Source: Hyphomicrobiales bacterium (GTDB lineage: Bacteria; Pseudomonadota; Alphaproteobacteria; Rhizobiales; Beijerinckiaceae). From it: a stretch of DNA of 64,000 nt. The translations under genes were made by a program, and so were the position numbers. The notes beneath the pieces were generated by a model. It saw only the letters and a program-made list of their open reading frames with translations, was not told the origin of the DNA and did no database searches. Position 1 is the first letter of the stretch. The number at the start of each line of letters is the position of its first letter. The DNA lies in NCBI GenBank assembly GCA_028290405.1, contig JAQGJX010000089.1, forward strand, positions 12 to 64,011, read 5' to 3'. Below, one piece after another: positions 10,387 to 20,264 of the stretch.

Positions 10387-11118
10387 TCAGCCCGCTGGCC
10401 GCGTGGGTCCGAAAACCTGCTCGAACGCGCCGCGCAGCACGCTGTCGGCTTCCGCCATCGTCACCGGCAAGCCAAGGTCCACGAGGCTGGTGACGCCATA
10501 GCGCCGCTCGGAGATGCCGCACGGCACGATGCCGGAAAAGTGCGACAGGTCCGGCTCGACGTTCAGCGACACGCCGTGGAACGTGACCCAGCGGCGCACG
10601 CGAATGCCGATTGCGGCGATCTTGTCCTCCGCGCCCGCGCCCTTCTCGGGCCGCCGCACCCACACGCCCACGCGGTCCTCGCGCCGCTCGCCGCGCACGT
10701 TGAAGCCCGCCAGCGTGGCGATGATCCAGTCCTCCAGCGCGCACACGAAGGCGCGCACGTCCGGCTGGCGCCGCTTCAGGTCCAGCATCACGTACGCGAC
10801 CCGCTGGCCCGGGCCGTGGTAGGTGAATTGTCCGCCCCGTCCGGTGGCGTGCACGGGAAAGCGCGCGTCCTTCAGGTCGTCCGGCCGCGCGGACGTGCCC
10901 GCCGTGTAGAGGGCAGGGTGCTCCATCAGCCAGACGCACTCGGGCGCCTCGCCGCGCGCAATCGAATCGGCCCGCGCCTCCATGGCGGCGACGGCTTGCA
11001 CATAGGGCGTGAGCCCCTCCCGGATCGACCATTCCACCGGGCCTGCGCCTTCGCGGGCCGCCATCGCGCTGGCGAGGGCGCCGCGCTGGGGGGAAGCGTC
11101 GCTGGAAGGGTTCGACAC
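10387..11118 (-). CDS. lipB: Lipoyl(octanoyl) transferase LipB (start codon uncertain)
   Basis: [27 protein letters not shown] and [17 protein letters not shown] motifs. Alternative starts at 11064 or 11235. Confidence 0.92.
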   Translation of the reverse strand: MSNPSSDASPQRGALASAMAAREGAGPVEWSIREGLTPYVQAVAAMEARADSIARGEAPECVWLMEHPALYTAGTSARPDDLKDARFPVHATGRGGQFTYHGPGQRVAYVMLDLKRRQPDVRAFVCALEDWIIATLAGFNVRGERREDRVGVWVRRPEKGAGAEDKIAAIGIRVRRWVTFHGVSLNVEPDLSHFSGIVPCGISERRYGVTSLVDLGLPVTMAEADSVLRGAFEQVFGPTRPAG

Positions 11119-11349
11119 GGGCGTGTTCCGGGGCGAGGGGCGTGGAGCGCGCGCTGGAGCGCCCGCCCGGACAGCACATACATCCGCCGCGCGGATTCCG
11201 CTATCTTCAGCTTTGTCGGCAGAAAGCGCGTTCACGCGCTTGTCACCGCCCCATCCATTTGTTAGACGAGCGCTCGCCGGCGTTCGGGGGCTCCAAGGAG
11301 CGACGACGGCGCGGAGAGCGGGGTTTAAGCCCGGTTTCCGAAGCCCTAT

Positions 11350-11436
11350 GCGGCCATGGCGGAATTGGTAGACGCGCTAGCTTGAGGTGCTAGTCCTGTA
11401 ACAGGGGTGGAGGTTCGAGTCCTCTTGGCCGCACCA
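11350..11436 (+). tRNA. tRNA-Leu (GAG), CCA encoded
   Basis: Acceptor stem GCGGCCA/TGGCCGC, D-loop AATTGGTAGA, anticodon arm CTAGC-TTGAGGT-GCTAG, long variable arm and GGTTCGAGTCC T-arm. Confidence 0.97.
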
Positions 11437-11476
11437 CTCTCATTCATGAGATGGTGCGTTGATTTCTTCAGCAAAC

Positions 11477-11506
11477 ACGGCGCCCTCCGGGGCGCCGTTT
11501 TGTTTT
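11477..11506 (+). terminator. Rho-independent terminator after tRNA-Leu
   Basis: acggcgccc-tccg-gggcgccgt followed by tttgtttt. Confidence 0.8.
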
Positions 11507-11585
11507 GCGCGCTTGACGTTCCGGCTTGCGCGGGGCCCGATTACGTCTAGAAGCGGGTCAAGCATCGCCTTGCGGACCGCCCCCC

Positions 11586-12998
11586 ATGACCGCTTCGAAC
11601 GAGCCACTTCTGGCCCCTGCGGCCCTTGAACTGCGCGACGCCGACGGCGACGTGCAGCGGGCGTTCATCGACACGGCGGCGGACGCCATTCGCCGGGGCG
11701 ATTCCACCTTCGTGCTCGACATGCTTGGCGACCTGCACGAGTCCGACCTTGGCGCCGTGCTGGAGGCGCTGGAGCACGACCTGCGGCCCCGCCTCGTGGA
11801 GCTGATGGGCCGCGATTTCGACTTCGCGGCGCTCACCGAGGTCGACGATTCCGTCCGCGAGGACATTCTCGAGGAATTGCCGACCGAGACCATCGTGGAG
11901 GGCGTCCACGAGCTTGAAAACGACGACGCGCTCACGATTCTCGAGGACCTTCCGGCGGACGAGCGGCGCGAGGTGCTGGACGCGCTGCCCGCCATCGAGC
12001 GCGTCGCGCTGCGCCGCTCCCTCGATTACCAGGAGGGCTCCGCCGGGCGCCTCATGCAGACCAGCATGGTGACAGCGCCGCCTTTCTGGACCGTCGGCCA
12101 GTTGCTCGACCATATCCACGATGCGCTGAGCGAGGACGCCCCGGAGACGTTCTTCGACGTCTTCGTGGTGGATCCCGGCTACCGCTTCCTGGGCAACGTC
12201 TTCCTCGACAAGCTGCTGCGCGCCCGGCGCAGCGAGCGGCTCGACGAACTCATGGACACCGAGCGCCACCGCGTCCATGTGGACGACGACCAGGAGGCGG
12301 TCGCGCGCCTGTTCGAGCGCTACAACCTCGTCTCCACGCCCGTGGTGGACGAGGGCGAGCGGCTGGTCGGCATGATCACCATCGACGACATCGTGGACGT
12401 GATCGAGCAGGAGGCCGACGAGGACATCAAGGCCCTCGGCGGCGTGAGCGCCAGCGAGCAATTGTCGGATTCCGTCTGGTGGATCGCCCGCAGCCGCTTC
12501 CTCTGGCTCATGGTCAACCTTGTGACCGCCTTCGCGGCGGCCTCGGTGATCGCGCTCTTTGAAGGCCAGATCGAGAAAATGGTGGCGCTGGCCGTTCTCG
12601 TTCCCATCGTCGCCAGCCAGGGCGGCAACGCCGCCACCCAGACCATGACGGTGGCCGTGCGCGCGCTGGCCACGCGCGACCTCACCCAGTCCAACGCCGG
12701 GCGCATCGTGCGCCGCGAGGTGATGGTGGGGCTCATCAACGGGTTGGGCTTCGGCCTCATCACCGGGGTCGTGGCGGGCGCGTGGTTCGGCCTGCCGGGC
12801 CTCGGCCTGATGATGACGCTCGCCATGGTGACCAACCTCGTGTGCGGCGCGCTGGGGGGCATTTTGATCCCCATGGTGCTGGAGCGTTTCGACGCCGACC
12901 CGGCGGTCGCCTCCAGCCCCTTCGTCACCACGGTGACGGACGTGGTGGGCAATCTGTCGTTCCTGGGCTTCGCGTCGCTCTGGTTTGGATTGACTTAA
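11586..12998 (+). CDS. mgtE: Magnesium transporter MgtE
   Basis: MgtE N-domain, CBS pair (SAGRLMQ, RYNLVSTPVVD, GMITIDDI), SQGGNAATQ and DPAVASSPFVTTVTDVVG. Confidence 0.95.
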   Translation: MTASNEPLLAPAALELRDADGDVQRAFIDTAADAIRRGDSTFVLDMLGDLHESDLGAVLEALEHDLRPRLVELMGRDFDFAALTEVDDSVREDILEELPTETIVEGVHELENDDALTILEDLPADERREVLDALPAIERVALRRSLDYQEGSAGRLMQTSMVTAPPFWTVGQLLDHIHDALSEDAPETFFDVFVVDPGYRFLGNVFLDKLLRARRSERLDELMDTERHRVHVDDDQEAVARLFERYNLVSTPVVDEGERLVGMITIDDIVDVIEQEADEDIKALGGVSASEQLSDSVWWIARSRFLWLMVNLVTAFAAASVIALFEGQIEKMVALAVLVPIVASQGGNAATQTMTVAVRALATRDLTQSNAGRIVRREVMVGLINGLGFGLITGVVAGAWFGLPGLGLMMTLAMVTNLVCGALGGILIPMVLERFDADPAVASSPFVTTVTDVVGNLSFLGFASLWFGLT

Positions 12999-13007
12999 CC
13001 CTTTCCA

Positions 13008-13022
13008 TTAACGCGTCGTTAC
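13008..13022 (+). promoter_or_regulatory. CtrA-like site TTAA-N7-TTAC upstream of the GH25 gene
   Basis: ttaa cgcgtcg ttac; an extra TTAACC at 12995. Confidence 0.45.
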
Positions 13023-13028
13023 CCGGTC

Positions 13029-13850
13029 ATGGCTAATTTCCCTCCGATGTCGAAACGCTCCGGAAACCCTTTCGCCCTCGTCTCCCGCCTTGCCGGGGCC
13101 TGCCTGCTCGTTCTCGGCCTCTCGGCGTGCGGCGGCGGAATACCGATGATCGACCACGGACGTGGGGAAGCCGCCAAGCCCGGCGCGGGCAATGAGCATT
13201 TCACCGGCATGCATCCGGCGGATTTCGCCGTGCACGGCATCGACGTGTCGCGTTATCAGGGCGACATCGACTGGCAGACCGTGAAGGCCTCGGGCATCAA
13301 GTTCGCATGGATCAAGGCCACCGAAGGCGCCGACCACCTCGACGAAAAATTCGCGCAGAACTGGAATGGCGCGAAGGCCGCCGGCGTGCCGCGCGGGGCC
13401 TATCATTTCGTGTACTGGTGCCGCCCGCACCACGAGGAGATCAACTGGTTCAAGCGCAACGTGCCGGTGGAGGCGGACGCGCTGCCCCCCGTGCTGGACG
13501 TGGAGGCGACGCCCACCTCGCGCACCTGCAAGCGCACCCTCCATCGCGAGGAAGTGGTCGCCCAGATGCGCGAAATGCTCCTCGACATGGAGCGCCATTA
13601 CGGCAAGAAGCCGGTGATCTACGTGACGGTCGACTTCTACGAGTCGATCATGCACCCGAACGAGTTCAGCGATTATCCGGTGTGGGTGCGCTCCACCAAG
13701 TACGCCCCGCACGTGAAGTATCCCGGCCGCAAGTGGCACCTCTGGCAATACCAGTCCGACGCGCGCATTCCCGGCATTCGCGGCAAGGTGGACCGGAACG
13801 CCTTCCACGGCACCACGGGCCAGTGGAGCGCCTGGCTGGCGAGCCGCTGA
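13029..13850 (+). CDS. GH25 muramidase/lysozyme, predicted lipoprotein
   Basis: Lipobox [36 protein letters not shown] and WHLWQY..VDRN. Confidence 0.9.
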   Translation: MANFPPMSKRSGNPFALVSRLAGACLLVLGLSACGGGIPMIDHGRGEAAKPGAGNEHFTGMHPADFAVHGIDVSRYQGDIDWQTVKASGIKFAWIKATEGADHLDEKFAQNWNGAKAAGVPRGAYHFVYWCRPHHEEINWFKRNVPVEADALPPVLDVEATPTSRTCKRTLHREEVVAQMREMLLDMERHYGKKPVIYVTVDFYESIMHPNEFSDYPVWVRSTKYAPHVKYPGRKWHLWQYQSDARIPGIRGKVDRNAFHGTTGQWSAWLASR

Positions 13851-13914
13851 CCGGAGCCCCTTTGCCCGGCCGAAATCTGCGCTAATCTGCGTCCTCCAGA
13901 CGGAGGCGCCGCGC

Positions 13915-15087
13915 ATGATCTCCACCTCGCCGCTCCTGTTCGACTTCGACCTCGGCGAGACGGCCGATCTCATCCGCGAGACGGCGCGCGCCTTCGCGCG
14001 GGACGAGATCGCCCCGCGGGCCGCCGAGATCGACCGCACCAACACGTTCCCGCGGGACCTTTGGCCAAGGCTCGGCGAGCTGGGCCTGCACGGCGTGACC
14101 GTGGAGGAGGAGTACGGCGGCTCGGGGCTCGGCTATCTCGAACATTGCATCGTCATGGAGGAGATCAGCCGGGCGTCCGCCTCCGTCGGCCTGAGCTATG
14201 GCGCGCACTCCAACCTCTGCGTGAACCAGATCCGCCGCAACGGCACGGACGCCCAGAAGCGGCGTTACCTGCCCGCGCTGCTGCGCGGCGACCACGTCGG
14301 CGCCCTCGCCATGTCGGAGGCGGGGGCGGGGTCGGACGTGGTCTCCATGACCACGCGCGCCCGGCCGCAGGGCGACGCTTTCGTGCTCAACGGCGCGAAG
14401 ATGTGGATCACCAACGGGCCCGTGGCCGACACGCTGATCGTCTACGCCAAGACGGACTTCGAAGCTGGCGCGCGCGGGATCACGGCTTTCATCGTCGAAA
14501 AGGGCATGGCGGGCTTCACCGCCTCTCCCAAGCTCGACAAGCTGGGCATGCGCGGGTCCGACACGTGCGAACTGGTGTTCCAGGATTGCGAAGTTCCGGC
14601 GCACAACGTGCTCGGCGAGGTGGGGCGCGGGGTCAACGTGCTGATGTCGGGACTTGATTACGAGCGCGCCGTGCTCGCTGCGGGGCCGCTGGGCATCATG
14701 CAGGCGGCGCTCGACGTGGTGCTGCCCTTCGTGCACGAGCGGCGGCAATTCGGCCAGGCTATCGGCGAGTTCCAGCTCGTGCAGGGCAAGGTGGCCGACA
14801 TGTACGTGGGCCTGAACGCCTGCCGGGCCTACGTGTATGCGGTGGCCAAGGCGTGCGACCGGGGCCGCACCACGCGCGAGGACGCAGCCGGCGCCATCCT
14901 CTACGCGGCCGAGAAAGCGACCAAGGCGGCGCTCGACGCCATCCAGCTTCTCGGCGGCGTCGGCTACACCAACGATTATCCCGTCGGGCGCCTGCTGCGG
15001 GACGCCAAGCTCTACGAGATCGGCGCCGGCACAAGCGAGATCCGCCGCATGCTCATCGGCCGGGAGCTTTTCGGCAAAACGGCGTGA
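13915..15087 (+). CDS. ivd: Isovaleryl-CoA dehydrogenase
   Basis: [58 protein letters not shown]. Confidence 0.92.
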   Translation: MISTSPLLFDFDLGETADLIRETARAFARDEIAPRAAEIDRTNTFPRDLWPRLGELGLHGVTVEEEYGGSGLGYLEHCIVMEEISRASASVGLSYGAHSNLCVNQIRRNGTDAQKRRYLPALLRGDHVGALAMSEAGAGSDVVSMTTRARPQGDAFVLNGAKMWITNGPVADTLIVYAKTDFEAGARGITAFIVEKGMAGFTASPKLDKLGMRGSDTCELVFQDCEVPAHNVLGEVGRGVNVLMSGLDYERAVLAAGPLGIMQAALDVVLPFVHERRQFGQAIGEFQLVQGKVADMYVGLNACRAYVYAVAKACDRGRTTREDAAGAILYAAEKATKAALDAIQLLGGVGYTNDYPVGRLLRDAKLYEIGAGTSEIRRMLIGRELFGKTA

Positions 15088-15105
15088 GGCCGCTTCGCCA
15101 GCAGG

Positions 15106-15855
15106 TCACGCCGGGGAGCGATAGCTCAGGATCGCGCCCGTCGGGACGTCGAGGATCTTGCCGGTTTCGGTCCAGTCGGCCGAGCAGGCGGCCAGGATCC
15201 GGGGCGCGATCTCCTCGGGCGTCGGCAGGCTCAACGGGTCCTCCCCGGGCATCAACTGGGCGCGCATGCGCGTGCGCACATGGCCGGGCCGAACGAGCGT
15301 CACGCGCACGCTGGAGGTGTTGCGGGTCTCGGCCGCATAGGTGCGGGCCAGCGTATCAAGCGCGCTCTTGGAGACCGCGTAGGGGCCCATGTAGGGCGCA
15401 AGGTCCGCCTTGCTGCCAGAACCCGAGGTAATGAACACCGCGCGCCCGGCAGGCGAGGTCCGCAACGGAAGGTCGAGCGAGCGGATGAGCCGGTAATTGG
15501 CGGTGACGTTGACGGCCATCACCTCGTCCCATTGCGGCGGATCGAGATGGGCCAGCGGGGTGACGGGGCCGAGCAGGCCGCCGTTGCCCAGCAGCACGTC
15601 CAGGCGGCCCCAGCGCTCGTGAATGGCGAGACCCAGCCGGTCGAGGCCCGCGAAGTCCTTCAGGTCGCACGGAACGAGAGTCGCTTCGCCGCCCATGGAG
15701 CGGATCTCGTCGTCCAGCGCCTCGAGCCCGCCCTGGGTGCGCGCCAGCGCGATCACGTGCGCGCCCTGGCGCGCAAGCTCCACCGCGCAGGCGCGGCCGA
15801 TGCCGCGCGAGGCGCCCGTCACGAGGGCGATGCGGTTCTCGAAGGGAAGGGACAT
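15106..15855 (-). CDS. Short-chain dehydrogenase/reductase (YciK-like)
   Basis: VTGASRGIG and YAVSK motifs. Confidence 0.9.
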   Translation of the reverse strand: MSLPFENRIALVTGASRGIGRACAVELARQGAHVIALARTQGGLEALDDEIRSMGGEATLVPCDLKDFAGLDRLGLAIHERWGRLDVLLGNGGLLGPVTPLAHLDPPQWDEVMAVNVTANYRLIRSLDLPLRTSPAGRAVFITSGSGSKADLAPYMGPYAVSKSALDTLARTYAAETRNTSSVRVTLVRPGHVRTRMRAQLMPGEDPLSLPTPEEIAPRILAACSADWTETGKILDVPTGAILSYRSPA

Positions 15856-15907
15856 AGACAGGCTCCGGCGCTGCGACGGGCCTCAGCGCCCCTCGCGTGG
15901 CGCGTGC

Positions 15908-17431
15908 TTAACCCGCTTCCGCCAGCAGCGACAACTGCTGCCGGGTCGGCTGCCCGGCGATGTCGGTCAGCGAGGTGGGGTAATCCCCCGTGAAGCAATG
16001 GTCGGTGAACTGCGGCCGCACCGGATCGCGCCCCTCGTAGCCCATGGCGCGGTAGATTCCATCGACGGAGAGGAACGCGAGCGAATCGGCGCCCATGTAT
16101 TTGCGCATGCCCTCAAGGTCGATGACCCCGTCCTTGGACATCTGCGCGGCGAGCAGCTTGTCCTTCTGGGGCGTGTCGATGCCGTAATAGTCCGGGTGCG
16201 TGATAGGCGGGGAGGAGATGCGGAAATGCACCTCTTTCGCGCCCGCGTCGCGCATCATCTGCACGATCTTCACCGACGTAGTGCCGCGCACGATGGAATC
16301 GTCGATCAGCACGATGCGCTTGTCTTTCACCACGCAGCGGTTCGCGCTGTGCTTGAGGCGCACTCCAAGCTCGCGGATGGATTGGGTCGGCTCGATGAAC
16401 GTGCGGCCCACGTAGTGGTTGCGGATGATGCCAAGCTCGAACGGCACGCCCGATTCCTGCGCGTAGCCGATGGCGGCGGGCACGCCGGAATCGGGCACCG
16501 GCACGATCACGTCGGCGTCGATATGCGCCTCGCGGGCCAGCTGCGCGCCCATCTTGCGGCGCACGTCGTAGACCGACCGGCCATGCACGATGGAATCGGG
16601 ACGTGCGAAATAGATGTATTCGAAGATGCACGGGCGCATGGGCTGCGGCGGGAAGGGCTTGTGGCTCTCCAGCCCTTCGTCCGAGATCACCACGACCTCG
16701 CCGTTCTCCACGTCGCGCACGAAGCGGGCGCCGATGATGTCGAGCGCGCAGGTCTCCGACGCGAGAATGTAGCGGCCGTCGAGTTCGCCCAGCACAAGCG
16801 GGCGGATGCCGAGCGGATCGCGAGCGCCGATCAGCTTCTTGTTGGTGAGCGCGACGAGCGAATAGGCGCCCTCGATCTGCCGCACCGCCTCGATGAAGCG
16901 CTCAAGGATGCGCGAGCGGCGGCTGCGGGCGACCAGATGCAGGATCACCTCGGTGTCGGACGTGGACTGGTAGATGGCGCCGTCGCGGATCAGCTCGCGG
17001 CGGATCGACAGAGCGTTGGTGAGGTTGCCGTTGTGGGCGACCGCGAAGCCGCCGCTGTCGAGTTCGGCGAAGAGCGGCTGCACGTTGCGCAGGATGGTCT
17101 CGCCGGTGGTCGAATAGCGCACGTGCCCGACGGCGGCCGACCCCGGCAGGCGCTCGATCGTGGCGCGCTGGGAGAAATGCTCGCTCACGAGGCCCATGCG
17201 CCGCTCGGACGAAAAGCGCCGTCCGTCGAAGGTGCAGATGCCCGCCGCCTCCTGGCCGCGATGCTGGAGCGCATGAAGGCCAAGCGCCGTGATGGCGGCG
17301 GCGTCCGGATGGCCGAAGATCCCGAAGACGCCGCACTCCTCGCGCAGCCTGTCGCCGTCCAGATCCCAATCGTCGTTTCGGCTGGACTCCTGGTCCGCCA
17401 AGAACACGTCAGAGCCGGTCACGTGCGCCAT
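15908..17431 (-). CDS. purF: Amidophosphoribosyltransferase
   Basis: EECGVFG processing site, LQHRGQEAAGI, GHVRYST, AHNGNL and VLIDDSIVRGTT. Confidence 0.97.
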   Translation of the reverse strand: MAHVTGSDVFLADQESSRNDDWDLDGDRLREECGVFGIFGHPDAAAITALGLHALQHRGQEAAGICTFDGRRFSSERRMGLVSEHFSQRATIERLPGSAAVGHVRYSTTGETILRNVQPLFAELDSGGFAVAHNGNLTNALSIRRELIRDGAIYQSTSDTEVILHLVARSRRSRILERFIEAVRQIEGAYSLVALTNKKLIGARDPLGIRPLVLGELDGRYILASETCALDIIGARFVRDVENGEVVVISDEGLESHKPFPPQPMRPCIFEYIYFARPDSIVHGRSVYDVRRKMGAQLAREAHIDADVIVPVPDSGVPAAIGYAQESGVPFELGIIRNHYVGRTFIEPTQSIRELGVRLKHSANRCVVKDKRIVLIDDSIVRGTTSVKIVQMMRDAGAKEVHFRISSPPITHPDYYGIDTPQKDKLLAAQMSKDGVIDLEGMRKYMGADSLAFLSVDGIYRAMGYEGRDPVRPQFTDHCFTGDYPTSLTDIAGQPTRQQLSLLAEAG

Positions 17432-17650
17432 GGCTTACTCCTGGTCACTTCAGTCTGAGGCTGGGGGCGCGCCTCGCGGGGAAGGCGACTTCCAGCACTA
17501 CATAAACCCGCAGGGCCCATTTGTCAGGCTATCCGCTTTGTCGCAGGACCCCCAATAAACACAAGGATCTTCATACGCATTCACGCGGTTGCGCACACCT
17601 GCCATGATCGCGGCGAGCCAAGCCGCCTCGGCGCGCGGGCCGGGCGAACG

Positions 17651-18232
17651 TCAGCGGCGCGCGGGCGGGGCGGGGGCGGCGCGCCCGTCGGACTCGCCGT
17701 CCGGCGGGGTCTCGTCCTCGCGGCCGCGCTTCATGCGTTCCTGGAACGCGTTCAGCGGATCGTCCGGCAGGACCGATTTCAGGTATTCGCCGCCATCCGC
17801 CAGCCAGGGCCGGGTCTTGGCGGTCTTCACCCACTCTGGCTGCGTCTTGTCCGGCACCAGCCAGTTGAAGAACAGGAAGGCCACCACGCACAAGAGCACC
17901 CCGCGTGCGGCGCCGAAGACGAAGCCCAGCGAGCGGTCGAGCGCGCCCACTTTCGAATCGAGGATCGCGTCCGAGATCCGCACCGTGATGAGCGATACGA
18001 GCACCAGCGTCACGAGGAACACGGCCCCGATGGCCACGCCCAGAGCGATCGAATCCTTTGCGATGTGCGGCTTGATGTAGGGCAGCAGCAGCGGATGGAA
18101 GTAGAACGCCGCGAACGCCGCAGCCGCCCAGGAGGCGATGGCGAGAACCTCGCGGGTGAAGCCCCGCAACATCGAAAGCAGGCCCGAAACGAGCACGACA
18201 GCGATAAGACCAAGGTCGAGATAAGAGGGCAT
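17651..18232 (-). CDS. cvpA: CvpA family (colicin V production) membrane protein
   Basis: RGFTREVL and LDRSLGFVFGAARG motifs; lies directly upstream of purF. Confidence 0.92.
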   Translation of the reverse strand: MPSYLDLGLIAVVLVSGLLSMLRGFTREVLAIASWAAAAFAAFYFHPLLLPYIKPHIAKDSIALGVAIGAVFLVTLVLVSLITVRISDAILDSKVGALDRSLGFVFGAARGVLLCVVAFLFFNWLVPDKTQPEWVKTAKTRPWLADGGEYLKSVLPDDPLNAFQERMKRGREDETPPDGESDGRAAPAPPARR

Positions 18233-18381
18233 CGAACGGGATTCCGCACTGGGGGCGAAGGAATGAGGATGCTGCGTGCGCCGCTCAGGGCAAATCAATA
18301 AACGAGTCGCGCGTGGGTCTTATACATACGTGACGTCCGAGCGTCACCCCGCCGTTCACAAACCGGCGCCCCCGGAAAGCA

Positions 18382-19872
18382 TTACTCCCTGTCAGCGCCG
18401 GCCAAGGCGGGCCTGCGGCCGCGGGGCTCGCCCCTTTGCGCGCCGCGTTCGTCCCTGTCTCGTCCATCGTCCCTGTCTCGCCCGCTGTCCCCGCGCGGCC
18501 GCGAGCGCGCGGCGATCTCGGCCACGAGCTGGGCGATATGGGCGCAGGTCGCCACCGCCAGCGGTCCTTTCTCCTGGCCCTCCAGCGAGCCGGGCGGCGC
18601 GACGGCGGCGCTGAATCCCAGCTTGGCCGCTTCCTTCAGTCGCTGCCCGCCGTGGGCGACCGGGCGCACGGCGCCCGACAGGCCGATTTCGCCGAAATAG
18701 ACGCCGTCGCCCGGCAGGACCGCGCCGGTGAGCGAGGACACGAGAGCGGCCGCGGCCGCCAGGTCCGCCGCCGGCTCGTCGATGCGCAGGCCGCCCGCCA
18801 CGTTGAGGTAGATGTCGTGCTGCCCGAGCCTGAGGCCGCCATGGGCCTCCAGCACCGCCAGCACCATGGAGAGGCGCGAGGGATCCCAGCCGACGACCGC
18901 CCGGCGGGGCGTGCCCAGCGACGTCGGGGCCACGAGGGCCTGGATCTCCACCAGCATGGGGCGAGTGCCCTCCATGCCGGCGAACACGGCCGCGCCGGGC
19001 GCGGAGGCGTCCCGGCCCGACAGGAACAGGGCGGACGGGTTGCCGACTTCGCTCAGGCCCGCGCCGGTCATTTCGAAGACGCCGATCTCGTCCGTCGGCC
19101 CGAAGCGGTTCTTCACCGCGCGCAGGATGCGGAAATGATGCGCGCCGTCCCCCTCGAAGGAGACGACCGCGTCCACCATGTGCTCCACGACGCGGGGACC
19201 GGCGATCTGGCCGTCCTTCGTCACGTGGCCCACCATGATGACGCACGCGCCCGTGGTCTTGGCGTAGCGGATCAGCGCCTGCGCGGAGCTGCGCACCTGC
19301 GTCACCGTGCCAGGCGCGGCCTCCGCCATGTCGGTCCACATGGTCTGGATCGAATCGATCACCACCAGGGACGGGCAGGGGCCGCGCTGAAGGGTGGCGA
19401 CGATGTCCTCGACGCTGGTTTCCGCCGCCAGCTCCACGGGCGCGTCCGACAGCCCAAGCCGCGCGGCGCGCAGGCGCACCTGCGCCACCGCCTCTTCGCC
19501 CGAGATGTAGGCCACCCGGCGGCCCAGCAACGCCAGGCGCGCGCAGGCCTGGATGAGCAGCGACGATTTGCCGATGCCCGGCTCGCCGCCGATGAGGATG
19601 ACCGAGCCCGGCACGAACCCGCCGCCCGTCACCCGGTCCAGCTCGCCGATGCCCGACAGGATGCGCGGCGCTTCCTTGTTGGCGCCCTGGAGCGACTCGA
19701 GCGCGAAGACGCGGCCCTTGCCGGCTCCCCGCACCGCGCGCGCGCCGATGCCCGACGAGCTGGCTTCCTCCGTCATGGAGTTCCACTCGCCGCAGCTTTC
19801 GCACTTGCCCTGCCACTTCTGGGCGACGGCGCCGCAATTCTGGCAAACGTAGGAGGCGCGCGCCTTGGTCAT
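18382..19872 (-). CDS. radA: DNA repair protein RadA/Sms
   Basis: Zn finger CQNCG..KWQGKCESC, GGEPGIGKS, KNRFG motif and Lon-like C-domain. Confidence 0.96.
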   Translation of the reverse strand: MTKARASYVCQNCGAVAQKWQGKCESCGEWNSMTEEASSSGIGARAVRGAGKGRVFALESLQGANKEAPRILSGIGELDRVTGGGFVPGSVILIGGEPGIGKSSLLIQACARLALLGRRVAYISGEEAVAQVRLRAARLGLSDAPVELAAETSVEDIVATLQRGPCPSLVVIDSIQTMWTDMAEAAPGTVTQVRSSAQALIRYAKTTGACVIMVGHVTKDGQIAGPRVVEHMVDAVVSFEGDGAHHFRILRAVKNRFGPTDEIGVFEMTGAGLSEVGNPSALFLSGRDASAPGAAVFAGMEGTRPMLVEIQALVAPTSLGTPRRAVVGWDPSRLSMVLAVLEAHGGLRLGQHDIYLNVAGGLRIDEPAADLAAAAALVSSLTGAVLPGDGVYFGEIGLSGAVRPVAHGGQRLKEAAKLGFSAAVAPPGSLEGQEKGPLAVATCAHIAQLVAEIAARSRPRGDSGRDRDDGRDRDERGAQRGEPRGRRPALAGADRE

Positions 19873-19876
19873 CGGA

Positions 19877-20089
19877 TCAGGCGCACAGGCGCGCGTCGGC
19901 GCCGACGCGGATATAGGCCCGCAGGTCCGCCAGCTGGGTGTCGAGCGCCGCCTCTGCGGCGCGCAATTCGTCCAGCGCCGCCTGGATGGAGGCGGTGGCC
20001 TCCGAAAAGCTGCGGGGCGGCGGCAGGCGGCGGGAGAAACGCTCCGCGCACGGAATGACGCTGTGGTTGACTGAATCCGGGCCGGACAT
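19877..20089 (-). CDS. Small hypothetical protein (70 aa), predicted amphipathic/coiled-coil C-half, in front of radA
   Basis: Strong RBS GAGGAG 6 nt before ATG 20089; stop 4 nt before the radA ATG; sequence MSGPDSVNHS...SIQAALDELRAAEAALDTQLADLRAYIRVGADARLCA. Confidence 0.7.
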   Translation of the reverse strand: MSGPDSVNHSVIPCAERFSRRLPPPRSFSEATASIQAALDELRAAEAALDTQLADLRAYIRVGADARLCA

Positions 20090-20119
20090 GCGCGCCTCCT
20101 CGTCGAATCTCGATGTTGA

Positions 20120-20149
20120 GAACATTACCGGAACAAACCCCGCTGGCAA
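20120..20149 (-). promoter_or_regulatory. Sigma70-like promoter (TTGCCA-N16-TAATGT) overlapped by an alphaproteobacterial LexA box GTTC-N7-GTTC
   Basis: Plus strand GAAC-attaccg-GAAC at 20120-20134; -10 at 20127-20122 and -35 at 20149-20144 on the minus strand. Confidence 0.8.
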
Positions 20150-20264
20150 GCCCTTTCGCGCACCCTCGCCGGGCAGGTTGTTCAACCCTCGCTTTTCCGG
20201 CTACACACGAGCCAGAAGGGGCCCCGCGCAGAGGCTCCGCGGCGTATGATCAGGCGAGGAAGCA

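Noticed and set aside
11437-11585. Integrative element at tRNA-Leu
   Set aside because: A terminator and mgtE follow directly; there is no integrase and no duplicated tRNA 3' end in the window.
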